Positions 9,687 to 19,550 of a stretch of DNA of 64,000 nucleotides are shown in pieces; the first letter of the stretch is position 1, and each line of letters opens with the position of its first letter. A program made the translations under genes and the position numbers. Origin of the DNA: a virus; the IMG/VR virus record IMGVR_UViG_3300036770_008686, positions 1 through 64,000 of that record; one strand, written 5' to 3'. The notes under the pieces are model-generated. The model had not been told where the DNA came from, made no database searches, and saw only the letters and a list, made by a program, of their open reading frames with translations.

Positions 9687-9880
9687 GTATAATTTTTTTG
9701 GTGTTCTAAATACTTGTAGTCAGTAATTTCATTATATATTTTTTTTACAAGATTGTCAAGAGATTTCTCTTCTCCGCTTTTTTGAGTATTTAAACAAGTC
9801 CAAATAAAAGTTTCATCCTTTTTGGAAACTTTATAATTATTTTTTTTGGCCCATTTTGTTACTTCGTTCCACTTAAGCAT
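9665..9880 (-). CDS. Hypothetical protein
   Basis: ORF; 3' end overlaps tRNA-Glu 5' end. Confidence 0.55.
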   Translation of the reverse strand: MLKWNEVTKWAKKNNYKVSKKDETFIWTCLNTQKSGEEKSLDNLVKKIYNEITDYKYLEHQKNYTAPSSRG

Positions 9881-11108
9881 ATTTTTTATTCATCTTAGTG
9901 TCAGTAGTTGCCCAAGTTAACATGGCAAAAGTTTTTGCTGGTATTGAAATAGGACTAATTTTCAAAGGTGGGTTAATAGGTTTTGCTGGTATAGAGATAG
10001 GGCTAATTGAAATAGTTGTAGCTTTTTTCTTATCTGGGCCTATCGTCAAACTAAAGGCTCTTCCTGTAGGGCCGATCAGTTCTTGAAAGGAGAAAGTTAA
10101 GTGACTATGGCCCCAAGGGTTTACCAAATAAAATTTACCTTGAGAATAAGAGCTAATATAGTAAGAGTGCCCGCTGGTTCTATTATTGTCCATATATCTT
10201 GAAACAGATACAGGCAAGCCATTGTTTAATGCACTAATAAGTTTGCTCTCAGACGAAGGAACATTTGTTATATACTCTATATTTGTATCCTTGTAAGAGT
10301 AAAGTTGATTAAATACAACTTTAGTCCAACCGCCGCTAATAGCATCATAAGAGTTGCTAGTATCGCCTTGTAAGGTCAAACCGGTCTCATTCCATTGAAC
10401 ATACGCTTTCTCTAGCAGGCCGACCCAAAGTTCGTTGTTTGGGTTAGTCCACATGCCCCCAAAACTTGCATAGTAAGAGTATCCAAATCTGCTCACCGGT
10501 AACATATTGTCTACCGTAACAAAATGTTGGTGTTTAAAACCTTCATTTGTGGTGCTATAAAAAGAAACGGTCCAAGTTCCATCAAGATTATCAATAAAAC
10601 GGTCTCTTATGGTTTGCGGATCTTTATCAGCAACAGCAGCGAAACTTGCAAGCAAATAACAATCTCCAACACTACCTTGCCTAATATCCTCGCTTGAAGG
10701 CCCATTAACAAAAAGTTGACCACTTACAGGCTTATAAGTAGTAAAACTGTTGGCGACTGGATAGTGTTTACCATAAAAATGTTTGTCTATAAGCCAATTC
10801 AAGTTAGCTGTTGTGGAGTTTACTTTTAAATCTCTACCTTTGTTTGCTACACTACTAAACATACTAGATGAAAGATACCAGTCTTGCCTTGACATACTCA
10901 GCGATGTAATCTTTTTAAGATCGTTATATTCTTTAAGGTCAACCCGTCCCCCATCACCGGCAATCCTAAAAACCTGAATGATTTCTTGCCTATTTATTCT
11001 GTTGTCGGCAAGGGCACTTCTCATAAACGCATTAATCTCCTTATCTGAATAGCCAGAAAGGAGTTTTTTTGTTTCGAATTGTTCAAATTTAAGAATAAAG
11101 TTTTTCAC
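9873..11108 (-). CDS. Calpain-like cysteine protease (peptidase C2)
   Basis: DIRQGSVGDCYLLAS (Cys), LWVGLLEKAY, GHSY (His), NPWG (Asn). Confidence 0.92.
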   Translation of the reverse strand: MKNFILKFEQFETKKLLSGYSDKEINAFMRSALADNRINRQEIIQVFRIAGDGGRVDLKEYNDLKKITSLSMSRQDWYLSSSMFSSVANKGRDLKVNSTTANLNWLIDKHFYGKHYPVANSFTTYKPVSGQLFVNGPSSEDIRQGSVGDCYLLASFAAVADKDPQTIRDRFIDNLDGTWTVSFYSTTNEGFKHQHFVTVDNMLPVSRFGYSYYASFGGMWTNPNNELWVGLLEKAYVQWNETGLTLQGDTSNSYDAISGGWTKVVFNQLYSYKDTNIEYITNVPSSESKLISALNNGLPVSVSRYMDNNRTSGHSYYISSYSQGKFYLVNPWGHSHLTFSFQELIGPTGRAFSLTIGPDKKKATTISISPISIPAKPINPPLKISPISIPAKTFAMLTWATTDTKMNKKYA

Positions 11109-11422
11109 AGATCCTTTTTCCTTTTGACATCAGAGACAGTAGAGTTCCACTTAATTTTGTTTTTCTCACAGTAAATTCTTGGGCTTTCAAGATTACCGCC
11201 TTTGATATAGCCGTTTTCTTTAAGCCAATTCCAAGAGTTCCAGTAGTATTGATCCCCATAGCCATATGTAAAGTCTATTTTGTGCACAAATTCATTATTA
11301 ACATAAATTTCTGCTGTGTGGTAGGTATTGCCATTGGTTCTTTCAAACCACCGGCGGCCCACAACCATAATACTCTCTACTTTAACAAAAGAATCAAGTT
11401 TTTTCTTAATAGTCAGTGTCAT
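11105..11422 (-). CDS. Hypothetical phage protein
   Basis: RRWFERTNGNTYH motif; ORF tiling. Confidence 0.65.
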   Translation of the reverse strand: MTLTIKKKLDSFVKVESIMVVGRRWFERTNGNTYHTAEIYVNNEFVHKIDFTYGYGDQYYWNSWNWLKENGYIKGGNLESPRIYCEKNKIKWNSTVSDVKRKKDL

Positions 11423-11660
11423 TATTTATATCCAACTTAAGATAACCAGCAGTATCTGGAATCATAAAACAATTCTCTGGCTCGCTGCATTCCCATAGGT
11501 TGGCTTTAATTTTGCGTACAAAGTGTTCCGTGTTCCTTCTTTTACGCAAAATCTTAGCCGCAGCAATCCTACAGTCTATTTCGTCTCCCCTAGAAATTTC
11601 CCAAGTCATTCCAGAAAATGATGTAAAAGTTAATGTGCTCATATGATTCAACTCATTCAA
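11406..11660 (-). CDS. Hypothetical protein
   Basis: ORF tiling. Confidence 0.55.
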   Translation of the reverse strand: MNELNHMSTLTFTSFSGMTWEISRGDEIDCRIAAAKILRKRRNTEHFVRKIKANLWECSEPENCFMIPDTAGYLKLDINNDTDY

Positions 11661-11992
11661 ACAGATGTTACAAGTTGTTTTTCTTGATTAATCTTTTTTT
11701 CACGATTACTCAATATAGCATTAACAACTTCCAAATCTTCTCCCTTGATGTTGCCATCAATAGCACTTTTATACTTGGTGCTTTTGATAATCACACAACT
11801 AAGATTGGAGGTTTTCACAACACTATTTGCTACAGCCTTTGCTTCTTTAATATCCTTGTAATTTTCTGGTTCTATTTGTTGGCCGCAATCATCAATAGAG
11901 TTTCCAAAAGAAAGTTTATAACTAGAACTTTTTGTGCAAGCATAATACTTTCCTTCTTTATTCATCCACATTATAATTTTATTTTTCTTCAT
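11657..11992 (-). CDS. Hypothetical protein
   Basis: ORF tiling, overlapping start/stop. Confidence 0.6.
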   Translation of the reverse strand: MKKNKIIMWMNKEGKYYACTKSSSYKLSFGNSIDDCGQQIEPENYKDIKEAKAVANSVVKTSNLSCVIIKSTKYKSAIDGNIKGEDLEVVNAILSNREKKINQEKQLVTSV

Positions 11993-12237
11993 TAAATTAT
12001 CTTTCCAACTGGGTTATCGCAAAGAATAAAACTATATTCACTTTTATAAACTGTAATTCCGTAGTCTCTTGCAAGCCTTAGCAACTCTCCACTATCCTCA
12101 ACTGTTTCATCACTAAAAAAAACTTCCACACAACCACATTCAGCCAAAGTTTTTATTACATTTTTTGATTTATCGTTCATTTCTACAGGTATTTGATAAC
12201 CATAGAAATCAATTGTTTCTTTCTCTAGTGTATTCAT
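11992..12237 (-). CDS. Hypothetical protein
   Basis: ORF tiling. Confidence 0.6.
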   Translation of the reverse strand: MNTLEKETIDFYGYQIPVEMNDKSKNVIKTLAECGCVEVFFSDETVEDSGELLRLARDYGITVYKSEYSFILCDNPVGKII

Positions 12238-12498
12238 TTTAATAAGAGTATTTTAATTTTCTAGAGCAATTATCACAAACTTCTTGATTTTTTCTTTTAA
12301 GAAAACTACTACACTCTTGACACTTTTGTTTAGTGTTTTTTTTCTTTTTAAGAGTTATAGTATAATTCTGTTTGTAGAAATCAAAATTTTCTTCGTACTT
12401 ATCGTAAGATATCATCTATAATCTTGTCTGGTGGAATGAACTAGAAACTACACACCAGACCCGTACCCACCCATCAACCATTTAAGTTAGTAAAAGTC

Positions 12499-12879
12499 TT
12501 AAGACTCAACTATAAATATTCTTCTGCCTTTGGTTGTTAGTTCTTTATACTTTGAATTGTCAAAAGAATTTTCTTCGTTATTTTTTTTCCAAAAAGGAGC
12601 TATTTTTGGATCGTATAAAAGTTCCTCTAAACAGTCTGTTTGTGTATCGCATCTTTGTAAAATTTTAAATTTTTTACATCTTACAAATCCACAAACATCT
12701 CTTCTTTGTGTGGCAAAAACTTTTTCAGCCGTACCCTTATTGTTTTTCAAAACGCAATCATACATTTGAATGGTAAAAAATTCAGGGTTGCAATACTCAA
12801 CAGTCTTATTAATTAAGTCTTTAATCCACCAATGTCTAAAATGCTTTCCTTTACCTTTATTAAATCGAATATCAAACAT
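12499..12879 (-). CDS. Hypothetical phage protein
   Basis: ORF directly downstream of RNA ligase. Confidence 0.65.
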   Translation of the reverse strand: MFDIRFNKGKGKHFRHWWIKDLINKTVEYCNPEFFTIQMYDCVLKNNKGTAEKVFATQRRDVCGFVRCKKFKILQRCDTQTDCLEELLYDPKIAPFWKKNNEENSFDNSKYKELTTKGRRIFIVES

Positions 12880-12880
12880 A

Positions 12881-13891
12881 TCAATCTTCCTTGAGTAAAA
12901 AATTATTATTTATAACTTTAAAGCTAATGCCAGAACAGTTGCTTCTTATTACTATTCCTTCTCTTTCTTGATCTTTTTTTGCATTGCTAAAATGCTCTAC
13001 ATACTTTCCTTTTGCTTTATCTAAAAGTTCATCTTTTGAATAAGAAAAATTTTCTCCCGATTCAATAATAGGAACAAAATTTAATCCCAAAGTTTCAACA
13101 ATTTCTCTAGATTCATCAAGCGGAAGTTTGACGTTATTGTTTATTTCAACTACATTAAATACAAAAAAATCAACAAAATTTAAACCCAAAGGATTTTTTT
13201 GTATTCCTGGTCCTACGCATTCTCCTTGAATTGCTATTTTATTGCCTAATTTTCTTAAGCCATTTTCTATATTATATTTTTCCTCTATTTTCCAAAAACT
13301 ATGATCAGAGCTTTTTTTATAACTATAATTTCTGCCACAAACATGGAATTCATTTTCTTTTATAATATAAGTAGAGCTTGTTCCATCTAATTTTAGGCTT
13401 ATATAATATGGTTTATTTTTTAAACTTTCTAAAAGAAATAATCCTTCTTCTGTTTGAATTCTTATTTCATCTGTTTTGCTTATAGGCCAAATAAAAGATT
13501 TTGCGTCTCCTGCAATTTGTGTGGGTATTGGCGGCTCATATTTTTCTACTCCTAAAATTTCTGTGACGTCTACCCCGACATCTAAACTTGCAAGTTCCGG
13601 GAATACAGATAGAGGTAAGGCAAGCCCTTGGCTAATTTTTTTACGCAATCTTACTGTTCTTAATCTAAACTTTTTAAGATCTTCTTTGTAACAACTCTTT
13701 CTTAAAAACTCAAATTCTGGTCTCTCTGGCAAAAGGGAGTCTATTTCAAAGTATACACATTTATCGTTTTCTTTAAATTCACCTTTCTTACTCACAACCT
13801 CCCAACCTAAAACACCCACAGTTTCTATACTATCGGCGTCAGGTATTGGTTTAACATACTTGATTGCTTGTATGCTTGCTAATTTTCTCAT
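12881..13891 (-). CDS. RNA ligase (DRB0094/Rnl2-Rnl5 type)
   Basis: MRKLASIQ N-terminus, KLDGTS motif I, IQGECVG, FFVFNV, REGIVIR, FKVINN. Confidence 0.92.
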   Translation of the reverse strand: MRKLASIQAIKYVKPIPDADSIETVGVLGWEVVSKKGEFKENDKCVYFEIDSLLPERPEFEFLRKSCYKEDLKKFRLRTVRLRKKISQGLALPLSVFPELASLDVGVDVTEILGVEKYEPPIPTQIAGDAKSFIWPISKTDEIRIQTEEGLFLLESLKNKPYYISLKLDGTSSTYIIKENEFHVCGRNYSYKKSSDHSFWKIEEKYNIENGLRKLGNKIAIQGECVGPGIQKNPLGLNFVDFFVFNVVEINNNVKLPLDESREIVETLGLNFVPIIESGENFSYSKDELLDKAKGKYVEHFSNAKKDQEREGIVIRSNCSGISFKVINNNFLLKED

Positions 13892-13892
13892 T

Positions 13893-14633
13893 TTAAGTCC
13901 ACAAACTTTTTCTCACTTTGATAAGTTTTATCAACATATCTTCTTCTTCTTTTTCTTGTTTCTCTTCCAATTCCTGAAGTTTTCTTAGACAATCAGATTT
14001 TTTCTGCTCTAGATCTTTATTGCTTTTTAAAGAATCCAATACATAATTGCTTTCGCATAAATCAGACCACCCACTTTCCTCCATAGGATCGGGCCTATTA
14101 GGATAACTTTTCCACCAATTATACAATTCTAAAATTTCTTTCGCAGAATCAGATTGTGCAGTTGGCTTTCCTTTTTCATCAAGCAAAGAAATAGACCAAT
14201 TTAAATAAGAAATTCCATCCTCTTCTGACCTACGTAACTTTGTTTTTTCTTTTTTATGAAAAACCTGATAACTTCTGGCTAGTTCAATTTCGACAAAGTC
14301 TTTTAACTCGTTAAATAACCCATGCAATATTCGAGTGTCTAAGTCATAGTAACATCCAGGAGTAAGTCCGGTCTTTAAACAATGCATTTTATCTACGTAA
14401 CGATTATCAATATAGCTTTTAAAATTTAAAAATAAATCTCTTGGGAAATACAATATGTTCTGCAGGTTGTTTAGGACTGTGTCAGATAAATAGAATCTTA
14501 TCGGTCTTTTACTCTTTTGTTCTTCTTTCCATTTTTTCCAATCTTCGAGAGTTAAAGCAAAAGGTTTTTTTTCACCCCTGACAAAGTCAGCAAATTTACT
14601 ACAACTCCAATAGTTACTTTTATTTCTAAACAT
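13893..14633 (-). CDS. Conserved hypothetical phage protein
   Basis: 246 aa ORF abutting RNA ligase. Confidence 0.7.
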   Translation of the reverse strand: MFRNKSNYWSCSKFADFVRGEKKPFALTLEDWKKWKEEQKSKRPIRFYLSDTVLNNLQNILYFPRDLFLNFKSYIDNRYVDKMHCLKTGLTPGCYYDLDTRILHGLFNELKDFVEIELARSYQVFHKKEKTKLRRSEEDGISYLNWSISLLDEKGKPTAQSDSAKEILELYNWWKSYPNRPDPMEESGWSDLCESNYVLDSLKSNKDLEQKKSDCLRKLQELEEKQEKEEEDMLIKLIKVRKSLWT

Positions 14634-14644
14634 GATTTTTTAAA

Positions 14645-14980
14645 TTAATAAGGGCATTCTTTCTGTTTTCTTTTCTCTATTGTATTTAGTGCTCTATGGT
14701 AGCCCTTGGCGTAACTGCTTTCCTCAACAACATAGCCATTTTCATCCGCCGCCTGAATTGGGATTTCTTCCTTCATATACTTGTTAACTTTTATTTTTTT
14801 TGTTTCAATCAACATTGAACTATCACCAAACTGTCTGACTGCTGCGTTGTGACCTAGTATTTCCTCAAACTCAGACTCCGAAATTATCTTTGTTTCACTC
14901 TTCACAGATCTAAAAGAACTAATAAAGAAAAACATCACAGCAACAAAAGAGAGCAAAACAATCCAATTTTTGAGTTTCAT
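14645..14980 (-). CDS. Exported/membrane-anchored hypothetical protein
   Basis: N-terminal hydrophobic signal-like segment. Confidence 0.6.
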   Translation of the reverse strand: MKLKNWIVLLSFVAVMFFFISSFRSVKSETKIISESEFEEILGHNAAVRQFGDSSMLIETKKIKVNKYMKEEIPIQAADENGYVVEESSYAKGYHRALNTIEKRKQKECPY

Positions 14981-15013
14981 TTTTTCCTCCTTAAAAATTA
15001 ATTTGCCTTTATG

Positions 15014-15286
15014 TCAATTTACCTTTATGTCCAAAACGTGAGTTTCTGGTGTTCCGAAAGCATTTTTGCAAGTAAACTTTAAAGTAACAGTGTTAACTGA
15101 AACCTTTGTGTATAAATCATGAAAAACTAAAGTGTCTGGGTGGTTTACCATGTTTTTTACTATTTCTTTTGCTTTAAGTATTTTATTTATCTCCTCGTCA
15201 GATATTCTTATCTCCGAAGCAGTAGACTCGCATACAATTTGATTTGAAAAAGTCAAAAATAAACAGGCGTAAATGAAAAACTTCAT
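15014..15286 (-). CDS. Exported hypothetical protein
   Basis: Signal-like N-terminus; KNAFG motif. Confidence 0.6.
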   Translation of the reverse strand: MKFFIYACLFLTFSNQIVCESTASEIRISDEEINKILKAKEIVKNMVNHPDTLVFHDLYTKVSVNTVTLKFTCKNAFGTPETHVLDIKVN

Positions 15287-15382
15287 ATTTTTCCTTTAAG
15301 AGAAAAAGAACAAAAAACCAAAAATCTATTATACCACAATCGTCCGAGGCAAATTTTTTTGATATTTCTACAAAAGACGATA

Positions 15383-16111
15383 CTAAGATTGAGTTACTAA
15401 GCTTTCCAAAAATTCTTTATAAACTTTGTAGTGATACTTTTCACTTTCATTAAAACTTTTAAAGCTCTTCAGCTTGAAATAATTTTCTAAATTTAATGGA
15501 AGTCGGTGTTTTAAAACTTCCGTGGCATACAAAAAGCACAGATAAAAATCTTCTTTCAAACAATCCTCCAGAGAAGGATCTAGCCTTCCTTTTATTACAT
15601 CATAAGCATAGCAAAGAGCAATAGAAGGGTTTTTAATCAATATTGATTCATTCTTCAGCCTTTGGCCGGTTATGTATGCTGCGTAATAAGCACAAAAAAC
15701 CTTATTATAAAACTTTTCTGTTTTCCTGTTTACAAAATCTTTTCTATGAAGAGTTAGATTCTGAAAATCAGATACAGTGTCGGCATACTCTTTCGCTTCT
15801 GCAACAATATGTTGTATTTCAATTTTATCTATCAAAAAGTTTTTACTAACAATCTTGTCCGAAGAGTCGTATACTTTGCCTTCTTCATAATAATAGTCTT
15901 CTTCATCTTCTAAATCTATTCCATTGATTTTAGTCACGCAAATTCTGGAGTAGTAGTTGCTATCGTCATACTCTTGAACATTAGATAAAGTTACACTTAT
16001 TAAATTATCAATGTTCTTAAAAAGATTAGTTATGGATATCTTTTTAAGATGCAACCTCTCGGCAGACAAATGACTTGATATTAAGTTGTTTCTAAAAGTT
16101 TCTAAAAGCAT
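15383..16111 (-). CDS. Repeat family protein, paralog of 38513..39274
   Basis: EYDDSNYY N-domain; YAYDVIKGRL and YATEVLKHRLP repeats. Confidence 0.7.
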   Translation of the reverse strand: MLLETFRNNLISSHLSAERLHLKKISITNLFKNIDNLISVTLSNVQEYDDSNYYSRICVTKINGIDLEDEEDYYYEEGKVYDSSDKIVSKNFLIDKIEIQHIVAEAKEYADTVSDFQNLTLHRKDFVNRKTEKFYNKVFCAYYAAYITGQRLKNESILIKNPSIALCYAYDVIKGRLDPSLEDCLKEDFYLCFLYATEVLKHRLPLNLENYFKLKSFKSFNESEKYHYKVYKEFLESLVTQS

Positions 16112-16113
16112 TT

Positions 16114-16485
16114 TTAATCACAGAAACTGTTTAATTTGGCCCGCTTAAGTAAAGCTTTTGCTTCTTTCATAGAAATAACAATATATTCACCAAACTGTTT
16201 TTTATTTACTAGTGATTCAAATTCTATTTTTGCTTGTCTATGGACCATGAAAACAAAATTTGTTTTTCTAAAGTCTTCGCAGTTATTAAGTAGTACTATG
16301 TCATCTGCGTACAAAAAAAATTGAGGTTTTTCATTAATGGCAATGCTCCTGTTTGCGTAAATTTTTGAAAATATATTTTTGGAGTTTTTAGAAACTCTAA
16401 GAACTTCATTTTTATTGCGTTCTTCTAAAAGTCTGTAAAACTCATTTTTCACCAATATGCAATCTTCTAAGTTCAAATTAAACAT
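16114..16485 (-). CDS. Hypothetical protein
   Basis: ORF tiling. Confidence 0.6.
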   Translation of the reverse strand: MFNLNLEDCILVKNEFYRLLEERNKNEVLRVSKNSKNIFSKIYANRSIAINEKPQFFLYADDIVLLNNCEDFRKTNFVFMVHRQAKIEFESLVNKKQFGEYIVISMKEAKALLKRAKLNSFCD

Positions 16486-16493
16486 TTTTTTCT

Positions 16494-17042
16494 TTAATAC
16501 CGATCATAATCATAATCATAATCATCTTCACGATCATCATAATAATCTTCGTAGTCCGGTGGGCTAAAATCTTTGTTATCAATTTCTTTGCTGAAAGCAT
16601 CGTAGATTTTATCTAAGTATTTGCTTGGAACTTCAACTGCGATTTTATTCGCATAATCAAATACAATTTCAGCACAAGTCACGGTTCTCTCTTCATCCCA
16701 ATCTTCTGGATAACAATCTTCAGGTGGACCAGAAATTCTACCTGGATCGTAGTGTCCGCTAACATCATATGAGATCGTAAGATCAACCTCTCTCATTGTT
16801 TTTTCTTCATTTTTTTCATAAAAATCTTTAATGAAATTTGCTGTTTTTTCATCAACAAATTCTTTTAAATCAGCATCAATATCATAAAAATAAAATTTTT
16901 CTACAATACCATTTTCGATCCAAACGTCAACTAAATTCTTTTTATCTTCTTCTTCAAAATAAGTCAAATTACTATTCGTTGATTTTAAAACCCTAACATC
17001 TATAGTAACACCAACGCTGTCTTCTCCTGAATAACTACCCAT
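16494..17042 (-). CDS. Acidic hypothetical protein
   Basis: GPPEDCYPE motif; D/Y-rich tail. Confidence 0.65.
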   Translation of the reverse strand: MGSYSGEDSVGVTIDVRVLKSTNSNLTYFEEEDKKNLVDVWIENGIVEKFYFYDIDADLKEFVDEKTANFIKDFYEKNEEKTMREVDLTISYDVSGHYDPGRISGPPEDCYPEDWDEERTVTCAEIVFDYANKIAVEVPSKYLDKIYDAFSKEIDNKDFSPPDYEDYYDDREDDYDYDYDRY

Positions 17043-17053
17043 TATTATGTTCC

Positions 17054-17398
17054 TTAATTTAAAAATTCTAAAACTATAGACAAAACATCAGTACTAATGT
17101 GTGGTTTCGATAACTTATTAATAGCTAAGTTTTTAAGATTTCTCTTTTCTTTGCTTGACAAGTTATTTGTGTCACCAATATATTTTTCCCAACTTTCTAC
17201 AAGTAATTTTTCTGCAATTGATAATTTAGAAATATCTTTGAAAGAATTATCCCAAATAGGCCCATCACTATAATGCTCTGTGCCTTCGGGCCAAGTGACA
17301 TAAATTTTTGTTTCCAAATCTCTCTTAAGCTCAGAGCCAACAGATTTTTTCCAGAATTTAAACATTATTACTCCTTTAAGTGCTACGCCGATCTCCAT
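17054..17398 (-). CDS. Hypothetical protein
   Basis: ORF tiling. Confidence 0.55.
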   Translation of the reverse strand: MEIGVALKGVIMFKFWKKSVGSELKRDLETKIYVTWPEGTEHYSDGPIWDNSFKDISKLSIAEKLLVESWEKYIGDTNNLSSKEKRNLKNLAINKLSKPHISTDVLSIVLEFLN

Positions 17399-18848
17399 GC
17401 AAATATTTAAAAGTAGGAAACCTTAAACTAGTTCCACCCTCTTGATTATTACTCTCTGCAAAATATTGAACAGTAATGACCTTGCCAATAATTTTTTGCG
17501 GGTCTTGATAAAACTCCTGCCTTTGTTCTATGCTGAATCCGCTTCCAACTCTTACTTGATGTCCTTTGTGTTGAATTGTAACACAACTAAGCATTTCTTC
17601 TTCTGCTTCCTGGCCATCACTAACATACCTAAACGGGCCCATTTCAACATCTATCACCTCGTATTCATCATCAAAAAAGCTCTTATATTTAAGAAGGTCT
17701 TTGCTTCGCTTTCCTTTATAAGGCTTGTCAGCTCTCAACATAAGACCTTCCCAGTTGTTTTGGGTTGATTTGGAAACCCATTGCTCAAAATGACAGTTAT
17801 CTTTAATTTTTTCTTGCTCTAGTACACTCAAGCAGGGACAAGTGTTGTTTTCCATTATTTTTTTCAAATCAGACAATCTAGCAGAAAATGGGCGATCATT
17901 GTTGCCTTTATTACTCCAAAACTCATTCTCTTTAAGCATGTCAAAAATCTTAAAAGAAGGGTTTGGAATAGTGTGATCTTTTTTACGAAGCTCTTTCATT
18001 ACTCCTTGAAAGTCTTCATTTCCATTTTCATCTACAAGACAAAGTTCGCCATCCAACACTACTCCCAAACCAATATCTGACTTTTTCAGTCCTAGAGCCT
18101 TTATACCATCTTTCACCACATCTAGTGTATCAAAAGTATTTCCAGCCCTTGATCTAAAATCAATTTGATAATCGTGCTTTTTTTCTCCGTATTCAACTCT
18201 TTCATTTATTATACTAACAAATGCAAAACATCTTACACCATCAATTTTTCTACTTACATACCAATCTTTGTCCCAATCTACAAGTTTGGGATCATATTTC
18301 TCGGCCAATGCAACGCTAAACTCAGGAATAAGATCAGGAATAGCCTTATTGATAATCTTATCGCTCGCCCTTGTTTTGAGATCTTTATCTATAACACAAT
18401 AGATAATATCCTTGAATTCAGGTATATCTTTGGTAAATAGATTAACCGATGCTATAGCATCGTGACCTGTAACATTTCTTCTAGACAAATCATCAAGAAG
18501 CCCAAAAAAGCATCCATAAGTTACTACCTCGCAACTACCTTTAATATCTGGGTTCTTTTTTATATTATCGCTAGTTACATTATAATGCTTTAATGGATGA
18601 TATGTATAGTACAGAACGCTTTTTGCAAAATCCACTAGGTCGAATTTTTCGTCATTATGCTTTTTGAGAACATCAACATTTTCTGGTTCATACACACAAT
18701 ATTTTTTAATAATATTGACTTTTTCAATTGTGCTGCTAGTGGCTCTAAGTTCTTCAATCATTTTTTGAACATAGCCAAACTTTTTGCAAACTTTTTCTAA
18801 GTTTTCAGCTTTTGTTTTTTCGATAATATTTTTGATGTTTTCCGGCAT
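17376..18848 (-). CDS. ATP-dependent DNA ligase (T4 gp30-like)
   Basis: KIDGVRC motif I, LDGEL, FDML, EGLMLR, LLKYK, OB-fold VGSGFS, LRFP. Confidence 0.95.
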   Translation of the reverse strand: MPENIKNIIEKTKAENLEKVCKKFGYVQKMIEELRATSSTIEKVNIIKKYCVYEPENVDVLKKHNDEKFDLVDFAKSVLYYTYHPLKHYNVTSDNIKKNPDIKGSCEVVTYGCFFGLLDDLSRRNVTGHDAIASVNLFTKDIPEFKDIIYCVIDKDLKTRASDKIINKAIPDLIPEFSVALAEKYDPKLVDWDKDWYVSRKIDGVRCFAFVSIINERVEYGEKKHDYQIDFRSRAGNTFDTLDVVKDGIKALGLKKSDIGLGVVLDGELCLVDENGNEDFQGVMKELRKKDHTIPNPSFKIFDMLKENEFWSNKGNNDRPFSARLSDLKKIMENNTCPCLSVLEQEKIKDNCHFEQWVSKSTQNNWEGLMLRADKPYKGKRSKDLLKYKSFFDDEYEVIDVEMGPFRYVSDGQEAEEEMLSCVTIQHKGHQVRVGSGFSIEQRQEFYQDPQKIIGKVITVQYFAESNNQEGGTSLRFPTFKYLHGDRRST

Positions 18849-19239
18849 TTTGTTTCAACTTCTTATATAAATAGTCTGTCCATTTACATCCTGGCGACAA
18901 AGCACCTGCATTAGATGCCATACGTACCCATCCGATAATTTTTTTTTCTGTTTTTTTTGGTATTTCTAAGTTAAGGTTTTTAGCAAACTCTACTATTCGA
19001 TTTAAAGTGATATTTATGAAATTAACTTTCACCTCAGGAGTCAACTCTATTAAACTCCCGTCAATAAAAGGAGGAAGTTCAATATTAATTATACTTTCTT
19101 GTTTTTCTTCTTTTAAATAGTCAACAAATTTCTTGCAATTATTGTCAAAGGCCATCAAGCCAGTTTTAAAATGTTTAATAAGATCATCAAGTATTTCATT
19201 AAACACTTCATCGGATTGTTCGATGTTTTTCATCCCCAA
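18805..19239 (-). CDS. Hypothetical protein
   Basis: ORF tiling. Confidence 0.6.
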   Translation of the reverse strand: MGMKNIEQSDEVFNEILDDLIKHFKTGLMAFDNNCKKFVDYLKEEKQESIINIELPPFIDGSLIELTPEVKVNFINITLNRIVEFAKNLNLEIPKKTEKKIIGWVRMASNAGALSPGCKWTDYLYKKLKQNAGKHQKYYRKNKS

Positions 19240-19550
19240 TAAACTAGAATATTGTTTTTTAATTTTTGTTCTAAATCTTCTACATTTTCTATTTTAATAA
19301 CTTCGTAGCTTTCACTTGTTATCATGTGCCATCTTCGTGATTCGTTGTTGTACTTTATTATGTGCTTCAATTTCTTTTTAACAGTTCTTCTTGATCGGCC
19401 GATGTAACTTGCCATCAAGAGCATATCACCTCCCTTTAGTAATATTTTTTTATAAATGTCAATAAAAACGGAGTTGGCTATAAATCCGGCTTCCACTTTT
19501 GGAAGATCATCCAAGTTTATAAAAACTCTTAACTTCGAATTACTATACAT
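19230..19550 (-). CDS. Hypothetical protein
   Basis: ORF tiling. Confidence 0.55.
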   Translation of the reverse strand: MYSNSKLRVFINLDDLPKVEAGFIANSVFIDIYKKILLKGGDMLLMASYIGRSRRTVKKKLKHIIKYNNESRRWHMITSESYEVIKIENVEDLEQKLKNNILVYWG

